A stretch of 64,000 nucleotides of DNA, from positions 384,001-448,000 of the forward strand of contig CBDATS010000005.1 of the NCBI GenBank assembly GCA_965200245.1, in the 5' to 3' direction. Under the pieces are notes generated by a model that was not told where the DNA came from, did not search any database, and was given only the letters and a program-made list of their open reading frames with translations. Made by a program: the position numbers and the translations under genes. Below are positions 1-10,043 of the stretch, in pieces. Source of the stretch: a bacterium (lineage in GTDB: Bacteria; UBA8248). Each line of letters begins with the position of its first letter. Positions within the stretch are counted from its first letter, which is position 1.

Positions 1-149
1 TTGCCCTCGTTCAGATAGTGCTGCCCGGTGAAGAGAGAATCCCAGCCCTTATCGCGCGCGAGGCGCACCATGGCGTATTGGTCGTCAAGGGCAGTGACCA
101 TGTCGGTTTCCAGGTACTGCTGGTTGGTGATGAAGAGCCCTACTTTCAT
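1..149 (-). CDS. LLM-class (luciferase-like) flavin-dependent oxidoreductase, N-terminal part; runs off the window
   Basis: Manual translation from ATG at 149: MKVGLFITNQQYLETDMVTALDDQYAMVRLARDKGWDSLFTGQHYLNEG, matching the LLM N-terminal pattern (G-W/F-D-x-L-x-x-x-Q/E-H-Y/H). Not in the ORF track. Confidence 0.75.
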   Translation of the reverse strand, partial: MKVGLFITNQQYLETDMVTALDDQYAMVRLARDKGWDSLFTGQHYLNEG

Positions 150-774
150 GTCACATTCCCTATGCTGAGGTGGATGGTTGAGCCAACATACCCCAACGTT
201 CTCACTGCCGCCATACCTGCGACAGCGATGCGGAGTGAGAAAATGCGGGTTATTCTTGACTCGCATCCTGTCTGCCGAGGCGCCGTACACACACCATCTA
301 CTTCGAGGTTTATGACAACTTTGAGGCTGCCGCGAGTACCACCTCATCTCCCCGGTCATCGACGGCAGCGATGATCTTCCACTCTTCCAGGTCCAGATAG
401 ATTGCGTTTCCCGTGAAAAGATACATCTTGGCGTGGAGCGAACAAGAAAGACAACACAAGTTGCCGCACCCGGTCGCTGCGTTCGGCTGGTTTCCACCGG
501 CCGGATACTCTACGAGGAACGGACCGACCGCCTGCAGGAGGCAACTTCGGATGTCCGCGTTAGATCCGCCACCATCTGCACGGGGCCGATTGCACCGATT
601 TCCAAACCATTGCAAATTGTCCCGGTTTGCCGTATACACGCACGATATATTGATAAAAGGAAACTCCTCAAATTCGTAGTCCGCACGGGTGCAAGCATAC
701 GATAGCCAATAGCGATAGTGGCACATTCGCCGTCATGCGGACACCGGTTTTGCCGGTTCCGGAAAAGGGGAATC

Positions 775-1899
775 ATGTCGGCCGTTGAACTCATTGATGT
801 GACAAAGAGATTTGGCCGGGTCACCGTCATTTCCGATCTGAGCCTGCAGATCGAGGAAGGCGAATTCGTGGTGCTGGTCGGCCCTTCGGGTTGCGGCAAA
901 TCCACGACGCTTCGCATGATCGCCGGTCTCGAGGAAGTCTCCGCAGGCCGGATCATAATCGCCGGAAACGACGTTACTCATGCGGCTCCCAAGGCCCGCG
1001 ACATCACTATGGTATTCCAGTCCTATGCGCTCTATCCACATATGGATGTGGCGGGCAACATGTCGTTCTCGCTCCGTCTCGCCAAGTTTCCCAAGGCGGA
1101 GATCGCCGCTCGGGTGGCGCGCGCCGCTGAAATGCTCGGTCTGACCGAACTCCTACACCGCCAACCGCGAGAACTTTCGGGCGGACAGCGTCAGCGCGTC
1201 GCCATGGGCCGTGCTATCGTGCGCGACGCCTATTGCTTTCTGTTCGATGAACCACTCTCGAACCTAGACGCCAAACTTCGCGCCCAGATGCGCACCGAAC
1301 TGCTGTTGCTGCACAAGCAACTCGACCGCACCATGATCTATGTGACCCACGACCAGATTGAGGCCATGACAATGGCCGACCGCATCGTGGTTATGGATCA
1401 GGGGGTCATTCAACAAATCGGCACACCGCCCGAGGTCTACAATTACCCTGTCAACCGGTTCGTCGCCGGCTTCATCGGTTCGCCAGCCATGAACATGCTG
1501 GACGGAGAGATCAGGCAGGAAGGTTCGGAATATGTAATTTTCGGAGACGGCTTCGAACTGCCGGTTCCGAGGATATTCCACGAGAGCCTGAGCAGTGACG
1601 AGTCTCGGGAAATCGTCGCGGGCCTAAGGCCCGAGCATTTCTCCTCGACGGGGACGAGGGATTCCGGCGGTGCCACAGCCCCGGTGCAATTGACAGTGGA
1701 TGTCGCCGAGTATGTCGGTGCCAACCAGTTTCTTGCAGCGCGCATCGGTGAGCAAAGAATTTCCGTGTCCGTGGAAGCCGGCCCGGAACACGGCCGGATG
1801 GAATCGGGCACTTACTTTTTCGAAACGGAGAGGCTCTACCTGTTCGACAAGAAGACCGGCCTCGCACTCAATCCTGTTGCCCGGGCCGAGGCGTTTTAA
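775..1899 (+). CDS. Carbohydrate ABC transporter ATP-binding subunit (MalK/UgpC family)
   Basis: Walker A GPSGCGKST, signature LSGGQRQRVAMGR, Walker B FLFDEPLSNLDAKLR, C-terminal TOBE-like region. ATG at 775 follows AAAAGGGG. Confidence 0.95.
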   Translation: MSAVELIDVTKRFGRVTVISDLSLQIEEGEFVVLVGPSGCGKSTTLRMIAGLEEVSAGRIIIAGNDVTHAAPKARDITMVFQSYALYPHMDVAGNMSFSLRLAKFPKAEIAARVARAAEMLGLTELLHRQPRELSGGQRQRVAMGRAIVRDAYCFLFDEPLSNLDAKLRAQMRTELLLLHKQLDRTMIYVTHDQIEAMTMADRIVVMDQGVIQQIGTPPEVYNYPVNRFVAGFIGSPAMNMLDGEIRQEGSEYVIFGDGFELPVPRIFHESLSSDESREIVAGLRPEHFSSTGTRDSGGATAPVQLTVDVAEYVGANQFLAARIGEQRISVSVEAGPEHGRMESGTYFFETERLYLFDKKTGLALNPVARAEAF

Positions 1900-1924
1900 T
1901 CACTAACCTTGCAAGGAGGAAACC

Positions 1925-3279
1925 ATGAAATCGAAACCCGGATTTTGGGGGACGATAGCGCTTGCGGCGATCGTTACCCTGACGTTCAGTGCCACGTCGC
2001 TGTTGGCCAATCCCTACGAGAAGTACAAGGGCAAAACGCTGGTCGTCAGTTGGCCCGCGAATTCGCATTACAAAAAAGCCAGGAAACTGGTCGCCGAATT
2101 CACCAAAGAGACAGGTATCAAGGTAGAAATCGACTACTCCCAGTACCTCAGGATGCGAAATCGCCAGTCGCTGGAGATGAGTAAGAAGGACGGTGATTTC
2201 GATGTCGTTTCCTGGGTGGTGATGTGGAAGGGAGAATATGTGGCGAAAGGCCTGCTGACACCCCTGTCACAGTTCTTTACCAGCCCCGCGTTCGTCGACC
2301 CGAATTATGACATCAACGACATTGCTGACGCCTACATCCAGAACGGCGGCATCGTAGGCGGCAAGAAGGGCTATTTGCCCGGCAAGTCGGGCGCGCTCTA
2401 CGGTCTGCCGTTCGGTGCCGAGACCTCGATCCTGGCCTACCGAAAGGACGTGTTCAAGCAGTTGGGCCTCGCCGTGCCGAAGACCTACGATGATGTCCGC
2501 AAGGCAGCGAAGCTCATCAAGGAGAAGAAAGGGATGGGTGGCCTCACCATGCGCGGCAAGACCGGGCACCAAGTTACGGCCGCTTGGTTGTTCCATGCTG
2601 CGCCCATGGGTGCGCGGGTCTTCGACGACAAGTGGCAACCCGTCTTCAACAACCCTGCCGGCGTAAAAACCGCAGAGTTCCTGCGCGAGATGGTGAAGTA
2701 CGGTCCCCGCGGCATTCCGTCCTACAGCTACGGCGATGCGTCGAAAGCGTTCCTGCATGGCGATGCCGCCATGTATATCGACTCTCTGAAAATCGCCGCA
2801 AGAGCACGCGACCGAAGCAATCGAAGGTAGTCGGCAAGGTTGGTTACGCACTCCACCCGACCGATATCCGCTGCGGTTCCGAGACAGGCGGTTTCGCCAT
2901 GGGCATACCAGCCAACTCGAAGAACAAGGAGGCGGCGTTCCTGTTCATCCAGTGGATGACCTCGAAAAAGGCCGATCGTCGAATCGTCGAGCTCGGCGGC
3001 GACCCGATCCGTATTTCCACGCTCACCGATCCGGTGTTCTCAAAGAAGTTCCCGGAATATCCGGTGATTGCAGAACAGTTGAAATGTGCCGATCCCGACT
3101 GGCGGCCGTTGATCCCCGAGTGGAACGAGTTGAACATCAAGGTGCTCGGCCTCGCGCTGCATCAGGTCCTGACTTCCGACAAGCCCATCAAGCCAATCCT
3201 GGACAAGGCGGCGGTGAAGGCACGCGCCGTCATGGAGCGCGAGGGCTACTATCGTTGGCAGTCGAAATCCTCAAAATAG
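1925..3279 (+). pseudogene. Sugar ABC solute-binding protein (SBP_bac_1), frameshifted near 2812
   Basis: Signal peptide and SBP motifs (GLPFGAETSILAYRKD). Restoring one C in GAC-C(C)G-AAG joins ORF 1925..2830 to the frame ending at 3279: ...KIAARARDPKQSKVVGKVGYA... Confidence 0.85.
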
Positions 3280-3296
3280 CCGAAATTCCTGAACCT

Positions 3297-3323
3297 GCCT
3301 CCCCCGGTAGAACCGGGGGAGGC
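3297..3323 (+). terminator. Perfect 12-bp stem-loop between the SBP and permease genes (mRNA stabiliser or attenuator)
   Basis: GCCTCCCCCGGT-AGA-ACCGGGGGAGGC; no U-tract. Confidence 0.7.
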
Positions 3324-3361
3324 GCATAACCAACAAGCAACCGGTCACCGGAACGTTCACC

Positions 3362-4273
3362 ATGAGCGACCCTGCCCCTCTGATCGTAACAAGAACACCG
3401 AGATGGATCGTCGGATACCTGTTCGTCGCGCCCGCCGTTCTGCTCATGGGTGCGGGCCTGATCTATCCGGTCGTCCAGGGACTGATGCTCAGTATGCAGG
3501 ACTGGGCAGTCGGCACGCCGATATCTTCCGCGGAGTTCATCGGTGCAAACAACTATCTGCGCATGCTTAGCGATGACAACGTCAAGGAATCCATGTGGGT
3601 GACGTTCAAGTTCGGCTTTTTCACGATCATCATCGAAATGACGCTGGGAGTCGCACTGGCTCTGCTACTAGAGAAACCGATTCGCGGCGCATCCATCTTC
3701 CGAACGATATTCATCATGCCGCTGATGATTTCGCCCGTGGTGGTCGGATTGGTATGGCGCTACCTGTACGACGCCCGGGCGGGGTGGATCAACCATTACC
3801 TGGAACTCGCCGGCTTAGAGCCGCTAATCTGGCTTGGGGAGCCACATCTCGCGTTTTTCGCCATCGTGTTCACGGACATCTGGCAGTGGACGCCGTTCGT
3901 CTTCATCATCGTGATCGCCGGCCTCCAGGCGCTACCCTCGGAGGTCATCGAAGCGGCACGTATTGACGGCGCCAATACATGGCAGCAGATATTCCTGGTG
4001 AAGCTGCCGATGATCAGGTCAGTCCTGATCATCGCCCTTCTGCTCCGGATCATCGATGTCTTCAAGGGACTGGAGGTCATGCTGATCATGACAGAAGGAG
4101 GTCCGGGACTGGCAACGGAACTGTTGTCGCTGCACATCTACAAGACCGCCTTCGACGCCCAGCAACCCGGCTATGCGGCGGCCATCTCCGTCCTCTTGCT
4201 GATGATCGTCTTCGCTCTCAGCCTGGCGATACTGTTGATCAGCAACCCCATGAAATCCCGCGCCGACGTGTGA
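3362..4273 (+). CDS. Carbohydrate ABC transporter permease (MalF/UgpA-like)
   Basis: Multiple TM segments; EAA motif EAARIDGANTWQ. Confidence 0.95.
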   Translation: MSDPAPLIVTRTPRWIVGYLFVAPAVLLMGAGLIYPVVQGLMLSMQDWAVGTPISSAEFIGANNYLRMLSDDNVKESMWVTFKFGFFTIIIEMTLGVALALLLEKPIRGASIFRTIFIMPLMISPVVVGLVWRYLYDARAGWINHYLELAGLEPLIWLGEPHLAFFAIVFTDIWQWTPFVFIIVIAGLQALPSEVIEAARIDGANTWQQIFLVKLPMIRSVLIIALLLRIIDVFKGLEVMLIMTEGGPGLATELLSLHIYKTAFDAQQPGYAAAISVLLLMIVFALSLAILLISNPMKSRADV

Positions 4274-4274
4274 G

Positions 4275-5117
4275 GTGAAGACGATGCACTCAGGAACCAC
4301 CGAATTGAAAACGATTCTCCACTACGCGGGGCTGATCGTACTGTCCATAATTTGCCTGACACCGATCTACATCATGATCAGCACTTCCTTCAAAAACGAG
4401 GTGCTTATCTTCGATGGAAATCCCGTGTGGTTTTTCTTCTTCCCCACTCTTCAGAACTACATGGACATCATCGGCGAGGCGAACTTCGACCGGTACCTGG
4501 TGAATTCCATTATCGTGAGTGTTTCGGCAACCATGATCACGCTGACCACCGGTGGCATGGCGGCCTATTCCCTGGCCCGCATGCAGTTCCCCGGCCGCCA
4601 GTCCATCGCCAACGGGGCACTCCTGGTCCGGATGATACCGCCCGCAGTGCTGGCGATCCCGGCCTTCGCGGTCTCCATCCTGCTGGGAATCGCGAACAAG
4701 CTTTCGGGCCTCATCTTCTTCTATTCGGCGCTCAACCTGCCCTTCGCCATCTGGCTGCTCTACGGCTTCGTCAAGCAGGTTCCGATCGAACTCGAGGAAG
4801 CCGCCGTCGTTGACGGGGCCACCCCCTGGCAGGTGTTCACCCGTGTCCTCTTCCCGATAATGAAGGCCGGTTACGCGGTTACCGGCATCTTCGTATTCCG
4901 GATCGCATGGAACGAATTCATTCTGGCCCTGCTGCTAACGGACAGAACCACGCGCACACTACCGGTTGCCACCAGTCTGTTCCTGACGGACTCGGGCCCC
5001 GAATGGGGACGCATCATGGCCATGGGTACGCTTATCGTCATTCCGCCGCTGATCTTCACCTTCTTCTCTGCGCGACATATTATCGCCGGCATTACGGCAG
5101 GTGCTGTAAAAGGATAG
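4275..5117 (+). CDS. Carbohydrate ABC transporter permease (MalG/UgpE-like)
   Basis: EEAAVVDGATPWQ; C-terminal GITAGAVKG. Confidence 0.95.
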   Translation: MKTMHSGTTELKTILHYAGLIVLSIICLTPIYIMISTSFKNEVLIFDGNPVWFFFFPTLQNYMDIIGEANFDRYLVNSIIVSVSATMITLTTGGMAAYSLARMQFPGRQSIANGALLVRMIPPAVLAIPAFAVSILLGIANKLSGLIFFYSALNLPFAIWLLYGFVKQVPIELEEAAVVDGATPWQVFTRVLFPIMKAGYAVTGIFVFRIAWNEFILALLLTDRTTRTLPVATSLFLTDSGPEWGRIMAMGTLIVIPPLIFTFFSARHIIAGITAGAVKG

Positions 5118-5221
5118 CCGGAAGACCCGCCGTTCCCTGGAAGAGACGACTCCCTATCCCTCAAGTCCGAAGTCCCGTACAGATACATTGTCGCAGATCA
5201 GCACCTCTCCCCGACAAATGC

Positions 5222-5515
5222 CTACTCCTCCGGCTCATTATAAGAGATGAACGTGATGTCCGCCGCTTCGTTGCGGCCGGGGATCAGGGCCTGGTAGCCG
5301 TCCGAGTAGTACCATCTCTCGACCGCCTCCTGGTCGGGGAATTTCAGGAGAACGAACATCTGCCTGTCGTGCTCGCCATGGAGAACCTTCACGAGTTGTC
5401 CGCTCGCCGCCACCTCTCCCCCGACGGAGGCGACGATGGCAAGCCCCTGCTCGGCGTAGCTGTTGAATCCTTCTTCATCCTTCACAGTGATGTGTCCGAC
5501 CACGTATGCGCTCAT
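5222..5515 (-). CDS. DUF1330 family protein
   Basis: MSAYVVGHITVKD...VLLKFPDQEAVERWYYSDGYQAL...R pattern; RBS AAAGGAG upstream. Confidence 0.85.
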   Translation of the reverse strand: MSAYVVGHITVKDEEGFNSYAEQGLAIVASVGGEVAASGQLVKVLHGEHDRQMFVLLKFPDQEAVERWYYSDGYQALIPGRNEAADITFISYNEPEE

Positions 5516-6143
5516 GTTCGCTCCTTTCACAAATGGGGCCGTGCAGCCCGGCGAATGAAATACAGATTTCACGCTGCGCTTGCTGCGGCGTCTCTCGCGT
5601 TTCCTCCCCGTCCGGCCTGAAAACCAAAACCTCTGACAAACCTCAGAATGCTTCAAAGGTTCCACAATTTGCCGTTGGAATCAACGTCGCCCTGGCGATA
5701 CGGGATGAGAATGTGTGAAATTATCAGTTTTGATCGTCTTGGATGTACGAGAAATTGTCAACGCCTGTAAATTCCTGAACTAATTTGTAATTGCTTGAGT
5801 TATCCAATGCCTTGAACCAGTCCGGAATCTTCAGGAAATGAAGTGCTCACCAGATTGGTTCCGATTGACGATGCAGATATACAAGTGTTCATTGAGGTTA
5901 TCCATGACATGAGGGGTGACAAACCGGACTTGTTTTGCACAGCCCCTCAAGCGACGATGGATGACTGAATCCGTAAATAGCAACACCGGTGGGTATTTCA
6001 AGAAGGGGTTGCGTGCTGCCCGAAAAAGTTTCCAGTCGGTGATTTACACCGGACGGGCATGTCGTCGCGGCGTCGGCGACATACCGGATTTCCCCCTTCG
6101 AGCTCAGGCCCGGGTGGGTCCATGGGCTCGCGGGGAAGTGGTT

Positions 6144-7040
6144 CTAGAACCGTATCGAGAAGCCCGCCTGCACGGAGTGCTCGTCCTCGCGGCCGGTCCA
6201 TGCTCCCCGGTAGCCGAGACGCAGGCTCCAGGCGTCCGAACTGCCCTTCAGCGTGACGCCGAGGCTAAAGCGGAACGACTCCCGGGGAATGCCGATCACC
6301 CGTTTCTTCTCGGGGAAACTCAACACGCCCGCATGGTCCGCCTTGCGCACCGTCGGGGAGAGTTCCAGCCACTCAGCCGTCGCGACCTCCACGCCGGCCC
6401 GCCATCCTCGGTAGTCCTGCGAGTAGCCCGGGATATCCGCCCTCATCACCGCGCTCTCCGCCGTGTGGCCGCCGTGGTCCAGAGAACCTGCGAACACCGA
6501 CACCGACGGGGCGAGACGCATGCCGCCGGCGGGGAACAGCCGGCCCGCCCTCGCCTCGACATGGGTCTGTTTCACGTCGAACGAGCCCCCGAACAGGCCG
6601 GTGGCCTCCCGCGTCCTGGACGATGCGCGCGAGCGGCCGTGGGCGAGTGTCACGTCGGAGAAGAACGCGTCCCCCCTCCAGCCCAGACCCGCCGCGTAGA
6701 CCTCGCCCGTGAGTCCGAAAACGCCTCGGCGAGGGGGGCCACCGACGCCCCGAGATGCAGGCCGCCCCCGAGAGGCACGTCCATGTCGAGGGATACGGCG
6801 CGGGTCTCGGAATCCCCGCCGATCCCGCGGAGCCCGAACCTCACGGAACGCCCCTCCGGACCGCTGCCCCTGCGCACCGGATATCCCTCCAGGACGGCCT
6901 CCGTCAGGCGCACCATCGCACGCGAGGCAAGTCCGAGCGGCGAGGAGCCGGTCGGTGTTTCCGGCTCCGGTTCTGGTTCAGGCTCGAACACGGCCTCCTC
7001 CCCGGTCAGAACCCCTGAACCCAAACATACTGGCCAGTAC
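6144..7040 (-). pseudogene. Autotransporter beta-barrel remnant (5'-truncated, frameshift near 6718)
   Basis: PEPEPEPE linker, amphipathic beta-strands and C-terminal HSVQAGFSIRF ending in Phe. The frame changes at GCG TTT TC/GGA CTC (GLTGEVYAAGLGWRGD...). No passenger domain or signal peptide upstream. Confidence 0.65.
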
Positions 7041-7593
7041 CGATACCCGACTTCGACTCGCCACTGGAAGATCTCCGACTTTTTCGCAGACCGGAAACAG
7101 GTTTTCAGAAGCAACCCGTCGTTCCCGGCGTATCCTCCACATCCTGCGCACAACCCATAGGACATTGCCGAGGACACGGACTTCATTTGCCAGACACGAA
7201 TACGGCGGATAACCGGGGGTTTTCGGGAACAAGGTCAGAATATCAATCACCTCAATTCAGAACCATTTTTTGCAGGACTCTATAAACCATAAACGATTCA
7301 GTGCCGCCAGGACGCAAAAGACGAAAACGGGTGTATGCGGTTTTGCAAGAACAGGTCACGACCTGTGAGACAACCCCGGGGAGGGGCTACCACTGCGTGA
7401 GCCTCTCCCCAATCTCCCCTCCATTTTCCGGGGCTGGCCGCTGGGGCTATTTTGGGCTAATATGAATCCCATACAAGATGATGTCGGTAAAACTGACGGC
7501 CATACATGATTTTCACGTACAAAGGCGGTGGGTAGTTTCGCTCAGGTTCGCCCGAGTGTTCCTTTTTTCTGGTTTTGTGGGGGAATTCCAGTC

Positions 7594-8151
7594 ATGAAAA
7601 AACGAGACGTATTCAGAAGTCTGGCCGTCCTTGTAGTGGCAGGCGCGCTCGTTACGGGCTGTGCGGGCAACGAGATGATGAACAGGAAAAACGACAAAAT
7701 GACCAAAAAGAAAATGGCCATGAAAGACAAGATGATGATGGGCAAGAAAAAGATGAAGGGCGGCGAGGATCCCGCCGTAACGGCGCGCAAGAAACTCATG
7801 CGCGGCATCGGTGCTGACATGAAGCGCCTGAGAGCCGCCATGAAACAAGGCAGCGGCTGGGTTGTCGAGGAGCAGGTGCGCCAAGCAGCAGGCGACATGT
7901 ACAAGAAGGCATCCAGGATCAAAAAGGCGTTCAGAAAAAACAACTTGACGGGTAAGACGACTTCTTCCGCTGCGATCTGGAAGAACACTGGGAAATTCAA
8001 TCTCATCGCAGACGGCCTGGCTGCGAACGCCGCCGTCCTCGCGCAAATCCATTACAAGGGCGGCCCTGCGGCCATCAAGAAGTCGTTTGGCCTCATCGGC
8101 CGGCAATGCGGAGCATGTCACAAAGCATTCAGGAAGAAGAAAAAGAAATAA
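7594..8151 (+). CDS. Cytochrome c' (class II four-helix) lipoprotein with a Met/Lys-rich N-terminal extension
   Basis: Lipobox LVTG-C; class II motifs ARKKLM and AIWKN; C-terminal haem motif CGACH followed by KAFR. Confidence 0.85.
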   Translation: MKKRDVFRSLAVLVVAGALVTGCAGNEMMNRKNDKMTKKKMAMKDKMMMGKKKMKGGEDPAVTARKKLMRGIGADMKRLRAAMKQGSGWVVEEQVRQAAGDMYKKASRIKKAFRKNNLTGKTTSSAAIWKNTGKFNLIADGLAANAAVLAQIHYKGGPAAIKKSFGLIGRQCGACHKAFRKKKKK

Positions 8152-8232
8152 CGACGTCCTACAATCAAAAGAAACCCCGGCTCGAATCGCCAGTGTTTTC
8201 TTTTGGGATTTACACAGGAAAGTTGACAAACC

Positions 8233-8370
8233 CTAGTCTGCCTCCTCGAAAACAGGTTTGCCATCGTCGAATCTTATCCTGAAACTGCGTTCCAGATATT
8301 CCTTTGTGGGCGCGGGGAACTTATCGTCCGGCTTCGGGGCGTTGAGCAGGTTCCTGAAGAACGTATCCAT
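8233..8370 (-). CDS. Small hypothetical protein (phage-like, possibly 5'-degraded)
   Basis: Manual translation MDTFFRNLLNAPKPDDKFPAPTKEYLERSFRIRFDDGKPVFEEAD*; the frame stays open for about 15 codons upstream. Confidence 0.35.
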   Translation of the reverse strand: MDTFFRNLLNAPKPDDKFPAPTKEYLERSFRIRFDDGKPVFEEAD

Positions 8371-8431
8371 GTTTTCTTCGATTTTTTCCGGATTCTCAAT
8401 TTCAATCTCTCCTTTTTTCGTTCAAAACCCC

Positions 8432-8470
8432 CTAAATAGACAGTAACACTCTTGTAAGGAGAAACCAATG
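8432..8470 (+). promoter_or_regulatory. CTAAATA motif (T4-type late-promoter-like) with RBS and ATG of a short or truncated ORF (MLKRITYDLLDDLEDHQTEIEESKD...)
   Basis: CTAAATA 8432-8438, AAGGAG 8456-8461, ATG 8468. Confidence 0.5.
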
Positions 8471-8566
8471 CTGAAACGAATCACATACGACCTGCTCGAT
8501 GATTTAGAGGATCATCAAACCGAAATCGAGGAAAGCAAGGATCCGGAAGGTGCTGTCATGGTTTTA

Positions 8567-8848
8567 CTACCAGTGTTTTTTTATTCCCATATAATGCTCA
8601 TACGCTTTCATCGGATCTATCAACTCGCACTTTTCCGCCACTTCATCCGGGGGCATACCATCATAATATCGGGCATATCTTTTCCCTCCACTATAATAAT
8701 ATTTTCCCTTGAAATAACTGTCCCTCTTACCGTAGCCATTTTGCTCCGTGACTGGAGTTGCTTTGCTTTCGTCTGAATTCTTTTCGCCAGTCATTTTATT
8801 CCTCATTGTTCTAGGAATCCGGGTTCTCGATTTTCCATCTTCAATCAC
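8567..8848 (-). CDS. Hypothetical protein, phage-like
   Basis: AT-rich Lys/Tyr-rich ORF abutting the upstream ORF. Confidence 0.5.
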   Translation of the reverse strand: MIEDGKSRTRIPRTMRNKMTGEKNSDESKATPVTEQNGYGKRDSYFKGKYYYSGGKRYARYYDGMPPDEVAEKCELIDPMKAYEHYMGIKKHW

Positions 8849-9124
8849 CTACCATACTTTTCTATGATATTCTGCAACGCGATCCATCATATCCCGATCA
8901 TCCGGATATCTCAGGTTTGTCGGCCCGAAAGGAAATCCCGCTTCATACAGGTCGTCCATATATTTATCCATCGCATCCAGATCCATATCGCCCTCAGAGA
9001 ATTTGATCTTTCTCCATGGTTTGTCAGGATGCAACTGTTTTATTCTCTCCCTTCGTTTTTCAGCATCCATATGCCTGTATTTTTCTTTCAATTCTTTTGT
9101 TCGTTGTCTATATGCCTCGTTCAT
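8849..9124 (-). CDS. Hypothetical protein, phage-like
   Basis: ATG after a purine-rich leader; charged 91-aa ORF, AT-rich. Confidence 0.6.
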   Translation of the reverse strand: MNEAYRQRTKELKEKYRHMDAEKRRERIKQLHPDKPWRKIKFSEGDMDLDAMDKYMDDLYEAGFPFGPTNLRYPDDRDMMDRVAEYHRKVW

Positions 9125-9157
9125 ATCTTTCTCATGCCCCTCATGACTCGTTTTTTC

Positions 9158-9287
9158 TCAGGCCGCGACTGCATACGGAAGGTTCGGGCGTTTGCCGTTC
9201 AGGATTTCCTCAAGCGTCAATATCTGCATCCTGGGAAAGGGTTTTGTATCAAATAGCCCTTGCCTGTCCAAATGACAAATCCCGGAT
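9158..9287 (-). pseudogene. C-terminal remnant of a DNA methyltransferase/Mrr-like restriction fusion protein
   Basis: FPRMQILTLEEILNGKRPNLP resembles the PRIQILTxEELLxGKRPxLP C-terminus of such fusions (recalled, not searched). Confidence 0.5.
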
Positions 9288-9953
9288 TTAATGACAGGAA
9301 ACTCCAAAAGTTTTCCATTTTTCAGCAAATTCTTTGAAGGCATCATTAAAGCTCTTTTTTTTTGAAACAAGAAAAAATGCACGAGGCGAAAGTTTCCCGG
9401 AACGAATCGCTCTTGGATCGCCAGATAAACCTTTTAGTTTCCCTTGCCATTTTCTTATCTGGCCTTCATGTTTCTCATTATAAGAAAAACTATGATAAAT
9501 CAGCAGGGAATGTTTCTTGGCAAGTTTCTTCACTTCCTCAATAGAGATATGTTCCTTGCTGGGTTTCTCATTCATTGTCATTCCTTTGTCGGGGTCAACG
9601 AAAACCAGATCGCATCCGTTCATTTGTTTGCAGGCATCATTGAACCATTTCTCGCGTTCGTTTCCTGCTTTGATCTCTTTCCCGTAAAAAGAGGCTTCGG
9701 GAAGTATTTTCTCTAGCCTTTCGATTCGACGACCCTTGCCTTTACAGACGACTTTGTGTTCGTGGATGATTTTCTTTAGTTCATCAAAAAGATCAGGATC
9801 ATGTTTTCTGTTTCCATCGTCACACAGACAACTTATATGTTTTCCGTCACCTTCCGATCTGCACCAGATAACACCGAGGCGGTTTGCATTAAGGTGCCTT
9901 ATTAATCCCAGCTTCACGTAATCGCCAACATCTCCGACATATTGGTCTTTCAC
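9288..9953 (-). CDS. Conserved hypothetical protein with SAM-dependent methyltransferase-like motifs (RlmJ-like)
   Basis: N-terminal MKDQYVGDVGDYVKLGLIR and DLVFVDPDKG (DPxx after a hydrophobic strand); RBS GAGGAG. Confidence 0.6.
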   Translation of the reverse strand: MKDQYVGDVGDYVKLGLIRHLNANRLGVIWCRSEGDGKHISCLCDDGNRKHDPDLFDELKKIIHEHKVVCKGKGRRIERLEKILPEASFYGKEIKAGNEREKWFNDACKQMNGCDLVFVDPDKGMTMNEKPSKEHISIEEVKKLAKKHSLLIYHSFSYNEKHEGQIRKWQGKLKGLSGDPRAIRSGKLSPRAFFLVSKKKSFNDAFKEFAEKWKTFGVSCH

Positions 9954-10043
9954 ATCGCTTCTCCTCTGAATATGATGTCTTGGCCCATTTTAATGGGAAT
10001 GGGACGCTGCCGTGCACATCGCCCGGCAGAGAGATACCCGCCG

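Noticed and set aside
160-430. Protein-like stretch MYLFTGNAIYLDLEEWKIIAAVDDRGDEVVLAA on the minus strand
   Set aside because: Short, with no motif I can assign; it may be a decayed gene but cannot be supported.
2805-2830. Programmed ribosomal frameshifting in the SBP, AAA or VOC genes
   Set aside because: No slippery heptamer or stimulatory structure at the break points; one missing base in a short run explains each.
5932-7281. IS-end-like strings TTTTGCACAGCCCCTC (~5932) and TTTTGCAGGACTCT (~7267) around the autotransporter remnant
   Set aside because: Same orientation, short, with no transposase and no target-site duplication.
7351-7410. Two adjacent hairpins (ACAGGTC-AC-GACCTGT; GGGGAGGGGCT...AGCCTCTCCCC) as a riboswitch or ncRNA upstream of cytochrome c'
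   Set aside because: No recognisable aptamer consensus; an Rfam/Infernal search would be needed.
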